DNA of 64,000 nt from NCBI RefSeq assembly GCF_006345805.1, contig NC_043003.1, forward strand, positions 62,558,001-62,622,000, in the 5' to 3' direction. A program made the position numbers and the translations under genes. Below the pieces are notes generated by a model. That model saw only the letters and a program-made list of their open reading frames with translations. It searched no databases and was not told where the DNA came from. Shown in pieces: positions 40,051 to 52,224 of the stretch. Within the stretch, counting starts at the first letter, position 1; each line of letters opens with the position of its first letter. Source of the DNA: Octopus sinensis. Lineage: Eukaryota.

Positions 40051-41386
40051 GTGTCATACTGAATATAGCAGCAACTCCATCTAAGAATATCTGAAGAAGG
40101 AATATTATTCCGAAATATCATATCAGACTATGGATGACTAAATTACAATAGGTGTATAGCCCATTGTCTATATTATAGTGCATTGTTGTACCATTCAAAA
40201 CTTTTTATTCTTTACAAGTAATTCCTAGTATTTTTTTGTTTTTTTTCTGTGTGTGTGTGTGTGTGTGCGCACGTGCATGCGTGTGTGTGTGTATGGTATG
40301 TTTATGACATTGGGTATGATGGTTAATTGTATTGAGCAATATCTTGATGTTTTGCAGCTGCTACTATTTCATTGGAACTAAGTTACCAGGGATTGTATAA
40401 TAAGTCAGAAAAGATATGCAATGTGTCTGAAGAAAGGTAGCAAAAATGTGATTGTAATATCACAAAGTTGTATGTTTATTTAATGGAAGAATGGGACATT
40501 TGCAGTTACAGGTTAAAAAGACTACATATCAAGATGAATCTTTGTGCAAAATTACAGATTTTAGATACATTCTTATATACAACATAGATTTGACAACCCA
40601 AGATAGTTTACTATTCAGCATTTTGCATTGTTTCTTAAGTAGGCTTTGAATAGATTTTGTATAAGAAATAGCATCTATATAGAAGCTTCCTCATTGGCTC
40701 AATACATTTTGCATATGTTTGTTTGCTACTGGAGTGTTGCTATGTTACGTTTAGTTATTTGCAATGTGATGTAGTTGCTGTTGGAGCTGTTGATGCTGTT
40801 TATCATTTTATATAATATTTCACTTGTTTTGTTGTCCATTGAAATATTTGTGCTTCCCAATTATGTTTTGAATTATTTTCCTCTTTAGTTGTTTGATAAT
40901 AAGTTCTACTTCACTTGTATGTAGTTGATATGTTATATCTGAGGTTTTCCATAATTTTCAAACGGTTGTCTATTTTACTTACATAATTGGAATTGCAATA
41001 TTTTATGCTACCTTATTTTTGTTTCATTTATATAACTATAGAATCATCGGTTAAACATTTCCAGTAGGTCAGTCTGTGGGTCACAACATTTCTGACAGTG
41101 ACAGTAGCAACTGAGTGTTTATAATTTGGTGAATTTTGCTTCAAGTGTATTTGGTTTTCATCAGTGTCTACACCTTTCAGTGAGGTATCACAAAATATAT
41201 AAATATATATACATATAGGCACAGAAGTGGCTGTGTGGTAAGTAGCTTGCTTACCAACCACATGGTTCTAGGTTCAGTCCCACTGCATGGCACCTTGGGC
41301 AAGTGGCTTTTAATATAGCCTCCCACTGACCAAAGCCTTGTGAGTCAACAGAAACTAAAAGAAGCCCATCGTATATGTATATATAT

Positions 41387-41468
41387 ATATAATCAAAATA
41401 AGCAACAAGGATATCCAGAGGTAATAATGCATTACCTCTGGATATCGTTGTGGTTTATTTTGATTATA
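41387..41468. repeat. Imperfect palindrome, ~38-bp arms
   Basis: TATAATCAAAATAA...GATATCCAGAGGTAAT / ATTACCTCTGGATATC...TTATTTTGATTATA. Confidence 0.9.
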
Positions 41469-41570
41469 ATCACCTGATTTTAAATAATATGGATAATACC
41501 ATACTAAATTCTGGTGCCTTCAACTTAAGTACCATATTCATATGAATCTAAATTTTACTGAACCTATTTA

Positions 41571-41602
<32 letters not shown>

Positions 41603-41729
41603 CGACAGGCTTCTAATACAGCCTCCTGCTGACCAAAGCCTTGTTAGTCAGCGGAAACTAAAAGAAGCCCATCGTATGTATATATATATATATACGACGG
41701 GCTTCTTTACGTATACATATATATATATA

Positions 41730-42084
41730 CTAGCAGTATCGCCCGGCGTTGCTCGGGTTTGTAAGGGAAATAACTATAAAGCATTTTTAGAGAGTTATAG
41801 CCAAAAATAGCAAAAAAAATTATGGTAAATTTTTTGAGTTAAAAAGGTCGAGTTGCGTTCCCTAGACAGTCTGTGTTTGTGTTTCTGATCTCGACCCCAT
41901 GTCGAATTTATCGATTATTCAGAACTGGGGAACTTTTCAAATTTTCGCTGCGTTAGTTTTGAATTATGACATTGGGCTATGTGTGTGTCAAGTTTCATCA
42001 GAATCGGTGAAAGCCGTGGTCACAGTGAGGGTACAACCTAACAGACACACAGAAACACACACAGACAAACTGCCGTTTATATAG

Positions 42085-42085
<1 letters not shown>
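41730..42085 (-). mobile_element. Non-autonomous Helitron (356 bp)
   Basis: On the minus strand it begins TC after A and ends CTAG before T. Subterminal GC-rich hairpin CCCGAGCAACGCCGGG lies ~12 nt from the 3' end. No TSD; CpG-rich. Confidence 0.85.
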
Positions 42086-42116
<31 letters not shown>

Positions 42117-42490
42117 ATGAATGTATGTGTGTGTATAAGTTTGTGTGTTTGTTCCCACACTATTGCTTGACAACTAATGCTGGTGTGTTCATGTCCCTGT
42201 AAGTTAGTAGTTTAGCAAAAGAGACCAATAGAATAAGTACTAGGATTACAAAGAATAAGTTTGGGGTCTATTTTCTCAAATAAATGGCCTCAGTCAAATG
42301 ACTGAAACAAATAAAAGAATAAAAGAAGGAATGGCTGTGTGGTAAGTAGCTTGTTTACCAACCACATGATTCCAGGTTCAGTCCCACTGTGTGGCACCTT
42401 AGGCAAGTGTCTTCTACTATAGCCTCGGGTCGACCAAAGCCTTGTGAGTGGATTTGGTAGATGGAAACTGAAAGAAGCCCGTCGTATATA

Positions 42491-43265
42491 TCATCATCAT
42501 CATCCTCATCATCATTTAACGTCCGCTTTCCATGCTAGCATGGGTTGGACGGTTCAACTGGGGTCTGGGGAGCCCGAAGGCTGCACCAGGCCAGTCAGAT
42601 CTGGCAGTGTTTCTACAGCTGGATGCCCTTCCTAACGCCAACCACTCCGAGAGTGTAGTGGGTGATTTTATGTGCCACCGACATAGGTGCCAGACGAGGC
42701 TAGCGAATGGCCATGCTCGGATGGTGTTTTTTTTGTGCCACCGACACAGGTGCCAGATGAGGCTGGCGAACGGCCACGATCGGATGGTGTTTGTTACGTG
42801 CCCACAGCACGGAGGCCAGTCAATGCGGTACTGGCTACGGCCACGTTCGGATGGTTTTCTTGTGTGCCACCGGCACTGGTACCACAAAGATACAAATTCC
42901 ATTGATGTTCATCTATTTTGATTTGATTTTCACTTGCCTCAACAGGTCTTCACAAGTGTCACAAGAAGGAAGGTATGCACAGGTGGACTGACTACGTCCC
43001 AGGTAGGGCCCACGGGTTATGGCCTGACTAGTCTTGCCGGGTCTTCGGATGGTGTTTTTATGTGCCACCGACACAGGTGCCAGATGAGGCTGGCGAACGG
43101 CCACGATCGGATGGTGTTTGTTACATACCCACAGCACGAGGCCAGTCGATGCGATACTGGCTACGGCCACGTTCGGATGGTTTTCTTGTGTGTCACTGGC
43201 ACTGGTACCACAAAGATACAAATTCCATTGATGTTCATCTATTTTGATTTGCTTTGATTTTGATT
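42491..43265 (-). mobile_element. RTE 3' UTR copy with duplicated UTR segment at its 5' end
   Basis: (CAT)n at 42491; UTR runs to the last ORF codons (~43046); 43047-43250 repeats 42719-42922. Confidence 0.88.
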
Positions 43266-43286
43266 TTGAATATATGTATATATATA

Positions 43287-43326
<40 letters not shown>

Positions 43327-43335
43327 TATATATAT

Positions 43336-43980
43336 AGGCGCAGGAGTGGCTGTGTGGTAAGTAGCTTGTTAACCAACTACATGGTTCCGGGTTCAGTCCC
43401 ACTGCGTGGCATCTTGGGCAAGTGTCTTCTGCTATAGCCCCGGGCCGACCAATGCCTTGTGAGTGGATTTGGTAGACGCAAACTGAAAGAAGCCTGTCGT
43501 ATATATGTATATATACATATAAGTGTGTGTGTATATGTTTGTGTGTCTGTGTTTGTCCCCCTAGCATTGCTTGACAACCGATGCTGGTGTGTTTACGTCA
43601 CCGTCACCTAGTGGTTCAGCCAAAGAGACCGATAGAATAAGTACTGGGCTTACAAAGAATAAGTCCTGGGGTCGATTTGCTCGACTAAAGGCAGTGCTCC
43701 AGCATGGCCGCAGTCAAATGACTGAAACAAGTAAAAGAGTAAAAAGAGAGTAAAGAGTATGTGTGTGTCTGTGTTCGTCCCCCTAGCATTGCTTGACAAC
43801 CGATGCTGGTGTGTTTATGTCCCCGTTACTTAGCGGTTCAGCAAAAAGAGACCGATAGAATAAGTACTGGGCTTACAAAAGAATAAGTCCCGGGGTCGAG
43901 TTGCTTGATTAAAAAGTCGGTGCTCCAGCATGGCCGCAGTCAAATGACTGAAACAAGTAAAAGAGTAAGAGTAAAGAGTA
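43336..43980 (+). mobile_element. tRNA-derived SINE family A (bipartite, internal microsatellite), complete copy plus tandem duplicated tail
   Basis: A-box-like GTGGCTGTGTGG, B-box-like GGTTCAGTCCC, CORE-like CTTGGGCAAGTG, TA/TG linker, and tail ending GAAACAAGTAAAAGAG. The tail is repeated at 43761-43980. Confidence 0.9.
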
Positions 43981-44096
43981 AATGTTTGTGTGTGTGTGTG
44001 TATTTATATATAAATAGAAGGCAGTGCAGCCTTCTAGCTTGCCAGCCCTCAGTCAAACCGTCTGACCCATACCAGCATGGAAAGCAGACGTTAAAC

Positions 44097-44113
44097 GATG
44101 ATAATGATGATGA

Positions 44114-44205
<92 letters not shown>

Positions 44206-44290
44206 GTATGTATATGTATATATATATATATATCATCGCCATCAGTGTTGTCATCATCATCACCACTACCACCACCACCACCACCATTTA
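44097..44290 (+). repeat. (GAT)n-(TA)n-(CAT/CAC)n tract between two tail-to-tail RTE 3' ends
   Basis: RTE end on + at ~44020-44116 and on - at ~44285-44430. Confidence 0.85.
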
Positions 44291-44690
44291 TCATCCATGT
44301 TAAATGCTGGCATGGGTTGGACAGTTTAATGACAAAGATTCAGTGAGTGAAGAACTCCAGTGTCTACTTAGGCATTGTTTCAACAGCTGATGCCCTTCCA
44401 AATGCCAGCCACTTTACTGTGTTTTTCATGCCACTGACACTATTGAGGCCACTGAAGGCAATGAGCTCAAAAGCAAGATAACACAAATGGGATAAGTTTT
44501 AACAAATGTATTAACTGCTTGAAAAGAAGGGAAATAATTTCAGCATAATAGGTTCTAATCTTTCATCAGAAGAAAGAGAGAATAGAAGATATAAAAGATT
44601 GATAAAAAGAGAGGAGGAAGAGGAGTGGTAACCATGAGATATTAGGTGCAGTGTAAGGAGAGGTTCATGTAAGCGTAAGACACATATATA

Positions 44691-45996
44691 CAGGGGTTGG
44701 ACAAAATAATGGAAACACCTTAAAATTTCAAAGAAATTAATTTTAATAAGGAGTAGGACCACCTTTGGCAGTAATTACAGCTTGAATTCTATGAGGTATG
44801 GATTCGTACAAACTTTGAATTGTTTCCCAAGGAATTTTTGTCCATTCTTCAGCTAAAATAGTCTCCAGTTCTTGTAGTGATGATGGGGGATATCACCTCC
44901 ATGCTTGTTTTTCTAAAATGCACCATAAATGTTCGATAATATTGAGATCTGGGGACTGTGGTGGCCAGATAAAATATTCAACTTCACTAGACTGTTCCTC
45001 GTACCATTCAGTAACAACTTTAGTTGTGTGAATTGGTGCATTATAATCCTGAAAAATTGTGTTTCCCTCTGGAAACAGTTCTGCAACCATGGGATGAATT
45101 TTATCAGATAAAATGCTTAAATAGTCTTGACTATTAATTCTGCCATGAAGGAAAACCATTGGGCCAGCGAATTTCCAAGATATAGCCTCTCACCAGATCC
45201 TCCTCCATGTTTAACAGCTGGAAGAAAGCAGTCTGGGTCAAATGCTTCTTTTGGCTGCCTCCACACATATACTCGGCCGGTGGTTGGAAATAAGGTAAAG
45301 GATGACTCGTCCAAGAAAATAGCATTCTTCCACTGCTCTAGGGACGAATTCTGTAGGTTTTTACTATACTCTAAATGCTTTGCAACATTTGTTTTTGAAA
45401 GTAGTGGTTTTCTGATTGAAGCCTTCCTATGAAATCTGGCTTTGTGCAGTTCCCAGCAAACAGTTTTTGTGGAAACTGGGGTCATTAAACACTGCAGTAA
45501 TTTTGGGAGCAGTACTGTTGTGATCCTTTCTAACAATCTGTGTAAGAATCTGACGGTCCCTATCTGAAAGTTTGGGTTTTCTTCTGGAGTTTTGTTTTGA
45601 CGGGGATGTTTTTCCCTCTTTCTCAAAGGCTGTCCTTATTTTTGAGACAGTACTTCTTGATACACCAAACATTTTGGCTGTTTTCATTATGCTAGCACTT
45701 GCCATATGAGCACCAACAATTGGACCTCTCTGAAAGTCCAAAAGATCTGTCATTTTAATGAATTTTAATTCCTTTTTCTGATGATATCTGAAAAGAAACA
45801 GCAATTTTAGCAAAACGTATTAAGCAACACTAATAATAAATCAAAAACAATAAAAATAAACCAGCTTTTGATGGTTTTACTGATATTTCAAAATGATGGT
45901 GCTATGATGCTAGGTGTTTCCATTACTTTCTCCAACCCATGCTAGCATGGAGAACGGACGTTAAACGACGATGATGATGATGATGATGAACCCCTG
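44691..45996 (-). mobile_element. Tc1-family DNA transposon, near full length, with frameshifted transposase
   Basis: TIR CAGGGGTTGGACAAAATAATGGAAACACCT (44691-44720, preceded by TA) and its inverse at 45912-45996, the latter interrupted by an RTE tail. ORF pieces give HTH (MTDLLDFQRGPIVG...FGVSRSTVS), IFLDES, FQDYNAPIH and WPPQSPDLNIIEHLW. Confidence 0.93.
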
Positions 45997-46515
45997 TTTG
46001 TGAAGAAGGCAATGAGCACAAAAAAGAAGACTTTTGGGGGTCAGGCCATCAGCAACTAAACTGGCAACACCACCAAGCCAGCTTGGTGAGTAGGAGGGTT
46101 TGGGACATGCTGCAGGATGAAAAACAAGACCTGTCAAAGGACAGATTAACTCAAAAGAGTAAACACCCATTCAATTGCATGATATACACGTGTGTGTGGT
46201 GTGTGTGTGTGTGTGTGTGTGTGTGCTTGTGTGAAAACATATAAATTTCTGGTACCCAGGTACACATCTGGCCTACTCCAGTTGGGTTGAACATTAAGCT
46301 GTAGTGAAAGCAACTAACCCAGAAGATGGAGAACTTTAATAGATAATGTGAGGTATGTTGTTCATTGAGTTTATGGAAAACATTTGCACTAACCTTCTGC
46401 CATCATCATTTCCAGAAAGTGTGGCCTCACTCCTGGGAATAAATCATCTGTGTGAGTAGTTTAAACAGCTGTGGCTGTTGCACCCTCAGACATTGAGGTT
46501 AATGGGAGAATTTAC

Positions 46516-46549
<34 letters not shown>

Positions 46550-47065
46550 TTAACATCTGTTTCCCATACTCGCACGGGTTGGGTAGTTTGACAAGAACTG
46601 ACAAGCTGGAAAGCTATACCAGGCTCCAATTGTCTGTTTTGGCATGTTTCCTACAGCTGAGTTCCCTTCCTAATGCCAACCACTTTATGGAGTATACTGG
46701 GTGCTTCTTACTTGGCACTAGCACAATTTTTGTTTTTTACATGGTACTGGCACAAGTGTTTTTTATGTGGCATGGCTTCCACACAATTGTTGTCTACCAA
46801 ATTAACTCGCAAGACATTGATTGGTTGATTAATCTGAGACTATGGTAGAAAGGTATTTTCCCAAGATGTAATGCAGAGAAATCAAATCTGAAACCTTGTG
46901 GTTGCATTGTGAAATTCATCATCATCATCATCATCACCATTTAACATCCATTGGCCATGCTAGCAAGGGTTGGATGGTTTGACCATGGCTGGTAAGATGC
47001 GGGACTGCACCAGACTCCAGTCTGATTTGGCATGGTTTCTATGACTGGATACCCTTTCTAATGCC
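46516..47065 (-). mobile_element. Cluster of two older RTE 3' ends with an intervening decayed SINE piece
   Basis: (CAT)n tails at 46516 and 46917, each followed by the reverse-complement UTR end. Confidence 0.7.
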
Positions 47066-48000
47066 TACAAATCTATACCTGACCCCAGGTCTGTGGTATG
47101 TTGTATCTTCATTTGGAAAGTGTTCACAACTGTTTGCTTGAATGTATACACTGTAGAATTGATGCTGGCAATCATGATTCTTAAACTGTGAATTGTAATT
47201 CTGTCACTAAGCAGATAAGGTTTCTCTGGAGATTCTTGAAATTTGTGAAAGTGCTTTTGTTTTGTTCACTGATGTGTTATGATAATGTTGGACAGGTGGC
47301 CAGGAGAAAGGTGGTGCTTAAACTTTCATAGAGTTTCAAGTATTTAGTGCAGAAAGTAATGTCTTCAGAATTCTATAAGTTACCGATTTCATGCTGAGTC
47401 ATCACATTTAAATTTCTTCTGCATATCATGTTAACCTGCAGGTTTCTGTTTGTCAAAACTTCATATTGTAACTGTGTTTATTTTGTGAAATATTACAGGA
47501 TTATTCAGAAGTTTTTTTAATATCTCAATAAGTAATTTTTATCTTTTACTTGGGTCAGTCATTGTACTGTGGCCATGCTGGAGCACTGCCTTCAAGGGCA
47601 TAGTGGAATAAATTGAGCTGACTACTTATTTTTAAAGTCCGGTACTCACTCTATTGGTCTTTTTTGCCAAACTACTAGGTTACAGGAATGTAAACAAACC
47701 AGCACAAGTTGACAAGCAGCAAGTGGGGTGGGAACAAACACAACAGATACACACACACACACGTGTGAGTTTGTGTGCACGTGTGTGTGTGCGTGTGTGG
47801 ATATATATATTTATATGTACAGGAGTCACTGTGTGGTAAGTAGCTTGCTTACCAACCACATGGTTCCGGGTTCAGTCCCACAGCGTGGCACCTTGGGAAA
47901 GTGTCTTCTACTATAGCCCCAGGCCAACCAAAGCCTTTTGAGTGGATTTGGTAGACGGAAACTGAAAGAAGCTTGTCATATATATGTATATGTATATATA

Positions 48001-48058
<58 letters not shown>

Positions 48059-50141
48059 CCCCTCTCGACCTAGAATAACGTGGTGGTGGAACAATATTGT
48101 AGACAGGGCTATTAGAGAAAAGAGACAGGCTTGGAAGGTCTGGAAAAATGGGGGTAGCAGGGGATTGTATCAGACTGCCAAAAGAGAAGCTAGGAGACAG
48201 GTTTATTTAGCCAGAGGGGAAGCAGATAAGAAAAAATTTGCCAATGTTCTGCACCGTGAGGACCAAAGACTGGAGGTGTTTCGTGTTGCAAGACAGTGTG
48301 TGAGAGAGAATCGTGATGTGGTAGGAGAGAAGTGTGTTCGCATGGAAGATGGTTCACTTGCGCTAAATGAGGATGCAAAGAGAGAGGTTTGGAGATGCCA
48401 CTATGAAAGGTTGCTGAATGAAGAAAATGAATGGGATAAAGAGAGTCTGCCGAATGTTGACCCAACAGAGGGACCAGCTATCCGAGTTGATAGTTCCGTG
48501 GTAGCTAAGGCAATTAGAAGCATGAAGACAGGGAAAGCCCCAGGCCCATCAGGAATCACTGCAGAGATGCTCAAAATGTCTGGTAGTGTCGGCTATAGCC
48601 TAGTCACCCGTATAGTTAATCAGGTGATACACAAAGGGGTCATACCCAATGACTGGTGTAGCAGTATAATAGTCAACTGCTACAAAGGTAAAGGTGATGC
48701 CCTAGATACAAATAACTACAGAGGTATCAAGCTGTTGGACCAGGTGATGAAGGTTACGGAGAGGGTCATAGCCCAACTAATTAGAGAGAGAGTTAGTTTA
48801 GATGAGATGCAGTTTGGGTTTGTGCCAGGGAAAAGTACTACTGATGCTATATTCCTGGTAAGGCAGCTGCAGGAGAAATACCTAGCCAAAGATAAGCCCC
48901 TGTACCTGGCTTTTGTTGACATGGAGAAAGCCTTCGACAGGGTCCCCCGATCCCTTATCTGGTGGGCAATGAGGAAACTAGGGATAGATGAATGGTTAGT
49001 GAGAGCTGTGCGGGCCATGTACAGGGACGCCGCTAGTAGGGTGAGGGTTGGAAATGTGTACAGTGAAGAATTCCGGGTAGAGGTAGGAGTCCACCAAGGC
49101 TCAGTACTCAGCCCCCTCCTATTTATCATAGTCCTCCAGGCAATAACGGAGGAATTCAAGACAGGATGCCCTTGGGAGCTCCTCTATGCTGATGACCTTG
49201 CTCTAATTGCTGAGTCGCTATCAGAACTGGAGGAGAAGTTTCAGGTGTGGAAACAAGGATTAGAATCGAAGGGCCTCAGAGTCAATCTAGCTAAAACCAA
49301 AGTCGTAATCAGTAGGAAGGTAGACAAATCACAAACACCTTCAGGTAGATGGCCCTGCTCGATCTGTAGAAAAGGTGTAGGTAGAAACTCTATAAGATGC
49401 ACCAAGTGTAAGCTATGGACACATAAGAGATGCAGCAATGTCAAAGGAAGGCTAACTAGGAAGATGGTTTTTGTATGTGGCAGATGCTCAGGAACAATAA
49501 ACACTGAAAATGCTCTGAGACCAACTTCCGTCACTTTCCAGGGAGAAAAACTAGAAATAGTTGATAGTTTCCGTTACCTAGGTGACCAAGTCAGCAGCGG
49601 GGGCGGGTGTGCTGAAAGTGTAACTGCTAGAGTAAGAATAGCTTGGGCAAAGTTCAGAGAGCTCTTACCTCTACTGGTGACAAAAGGCCTCTCGCACAGA
49701 GTGAAAGGCAGACTGTATGATGCGTGTGTACGAACAGCCATGCTACATGGCAGTGAAACATGGGCCGTGACTGCTGAGGATATGCGTAAGCTCGCTAGAA
49801 ATGAAGCCAGTATGCTCCGATGGATGTGTAATGCCGGTACTCACACTCGGCAGAGTGTAAGTACCTTGAGAGAAAAGATGGACCTAAGAAGCATCAGTTG
49901 TGGTGTGCAAGAGAGACGTTTGCGCTGGTATGGTCATGTGGCGAGAATGGATGAAGATAGTTGTGTGAAAAAGTGCCACACCCTAGCGGTTGAGGGAACC
50001 TGTGGAAGAGGCAGACCCAGGAAAACCTGGGACGAGGTGGTGAAGCACGACCTTCGAACTTTAGGTCTCACTGAGGAAATGACTAGAGACCGAGACCTCT
50101 GGAAGTGTGCTGTGCGCGAGAAGACCCGGCAGGACAAGTGA
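48059..50141 (+). CDS. Reverse transcriptase ORF of RTE LINE (N-terminally truncated, no APE endonuclease in this copy)
   Basis: Motifs KAPGPSG, NYRGIKLL, QFGFVPGKSTTDAIF, FVDMEKAFDRV, GVHQGSVLSPLLF, LLYADD, FRYLG, and RTE-type C-terminus LRWYGHVARM...GRGRPRKTW. The first ~29 aa of the ORF-track protein are translated microsatellite. Confidence 0.93.
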
Positions 50142-50754
50142 GTCCATAACCCATGGCCTTCTACATGGGATGGAGCCAGCCTACGTATGCATACCTTCCC
50201 TTCTTGGGACACAAAACTCTACTTGTGAAGACGTGATGAGGCAAGTGAGGATCAGAATCGAAATCGATCAATGGAAATTGCGGATGTGCTACCAGTGCCG
50301 GTGGCATGTCAAAACTCTGCTTGTGAAGACCCGTTGAGGCAAGTGACGATCAGAATCGAAATCGATCAATGGAAATCGATCAATGGAAATTGCAGATGTG
50401 TTACCAGTGCCGGTGGCATGTAAGAGAACTTTCCGTTTCGCGACCGTTGCCAGCACCACCCCGTTTCATGTCCGTTGCCAGCCTCGCCTGGCCCTCGTGC
50501 CGGTGGCACATAAAAAGCACCATCCGTTCGTGGCCGTTTGCCAGCTCTGTCTGGCACCAGTGCGGGTGGCACGTAAAAAGCACCCACTACACTCACGGAG
50601 TGGTTGGCGTTAGGAAGGGCATCCAGCCGTAGAAACACTGCCAGATTTGACTGGGCCTGATGAAGCCTTCTGGCTTCACAGACCCCAGTAGAACCGTCCA
50701 ACCCATGCTAGCATGGAAAACGGATGCTAAACGATGATGATGATGATGATGATG

Positions 50755-50755
<1 letters not shown>
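48059..50755 (+). mobile_element. RTE-clade non-LTR retrotransposon, 5'-truncated young copy (RT ORF + ~600-bp 3' UTR + (GAT)n tail)
   Basis: Starts abruptly after a (TA)n tract. Uninterrupted ORF to 50141, then a 3' UTR with repeated TGCCGGTGGCA/AAAAAGCAC units, terminal palindrome CCATGCTAGCATGG and (GAT)n tail. It sits between the head (47817-47980) and tail (50760-50995) of one SINE. Confidence 0.95.
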
Positions 50756-50788
<33 letters not shown>

Positions 50789-52189
50789 TTGTGAGTCTGT
50801 GTTTGTCCCCCCCCCCAACATCGCTTGACAACCGATGCTGGTGTGTTTACATCCCTGTAACTTAGCAGTTCGGCAAAAGAGACTGATAGAATAAGTATTC
50901 AACTTACAAAGACTAAGTCCTGGGATTGATTTCCTCGACTAAAGGTGGTGCTCCAGCATGGCTGCAGTCAAATGACTGAAACAAGTAAAAGAGTGTATAA
51001 ACATAGAGTACTCCATCCAGTGAGAGATAAATAGCATTTAATTTACACTGTATTAAGATAAGTGCTGCTATGTGTTTCTTGCCATTGAGACACTTGGCTA
51101 GACAGATTTTTATAATGTGCCTTGTGCCTCCAAGTAATCTTGGGCTTTGGGCAGATGGTGCTTAACCATGTGTCTCAATGGCAAGAAACTGTTAGTAGCT
51201 TTTATTTTAATACAGTGTACATTAAATGATTTGTATGTGTGTTTGTTTGTGTATATGTGTGTGTGTATGACATTCTTCCCTACAGTTTCCATCAACTAAA
51301 TTCACTCACAATGCATTGGGTTAGCCTGGAGCTACAGCAGAAGACACTTGTTCAAATTACAATGTGGTGTGGCTGAATCCCAATCTGTACGGCTACAAAC
51401 TGAACATCTTAACCATACAGTCATGCTTACAATTTTGATTTTATATATATTTCCAACACTGCTGCTGCTATTTTGCTTAAAACATTTTTCGATACATATA
51501 TAGTGTTTTATATATTTTAGAAAACTGTTGTAGTCAAAAGATGAAAGACTATTCATTGCCCTAAAAATGACACGCTATAATGGTACTTATTGTCTGAGCA
51601 TACCTAGTTTGATTACTCAGGTTGATCCAGGCATCTGGTTACTTGAACAGTAGAGCAGTAGCTCAACTATTCTGAAATCCTTAAGCTGTGGTAATTAACA
51701 GGGAGAAATAGAGAATTGGATAGAGAATTAATTAATGCAGTTGGGAGATTAGTGGAGGCTGTGATGAAAGGGTGGGAGTTGTGGGAGGAAAGAGGACAAG
51801 ATGTACATCAAAGAACTCAACAGATCTTGGCTATCATTGAGTTTATATTAATGCTACAAGGATTTTTTTTTTAATGACACTATATTTAGGGCTCTTTTTC
51901 CCATATAATTCATCATTTTCAGCATGTAGTTACATGATATTTGTTTGTGTAATGCTTCCTTAGCCAGGTGGAGTAGAGAGAGGGTTAGAATAAAGCCTTT
52001 TGTTAAGTCATGTTTAACTGGATGATTAGAAAATCTAAACAACTTAATGCTTCATTTTTTTTTGCCGTGGTTTTATTTGATTAGAACAGAATGAGGCTGT
52101 GATACATTTCCTTAAGTAAGGGAAGAATCAAGTTTAACTGAATTGCAGACATCTTCAAAATTGCAGTATTAAAATATTTACATGCACAA

Positions 52190-52224
<35 letters not shown>

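Larger units (their letters stand above)
41217..42488 (+). mobile_element. SINE family A cluster (head 41217-41375, rearranged head fragments 41600-41710, tail 42120-42327, second head 42328-42488) hosting a palindromic insert and a Helitron
   Basis: Head and tail motifs as in 43336-43760. Confidence 0.78.
47817..50995 (+). mobile_element. SINE family A copy split by the RTE insertion (head 47817-47980, tail 50760-50995)
   Basis: Head and tail are co-linear with 43336-43760. Confidence 0.88.

Noticed and set aside
43336-43410. Functional tRNA genes at SINE heads
   Set aside because: Only A/B-box-like motifs; no complete cloverleaf; continuous with SINE body.
44525-44580. Minus-strand CTGATGA...GAAA hammerhead-like words
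   Set aside because: Stems I and II cannot be formed convincingly; at best a very decayed PLE relic.
47973-48058. N-terminus of the 722-aa ORF
   Set aside because: Read-through of a SINE end and (TA)n that happens to be in frame; not part of the LINE protein.
48190-50212. Antisense ORFs opposite the RT
   Set aside because: Shadow ORFs of a real coding strand.
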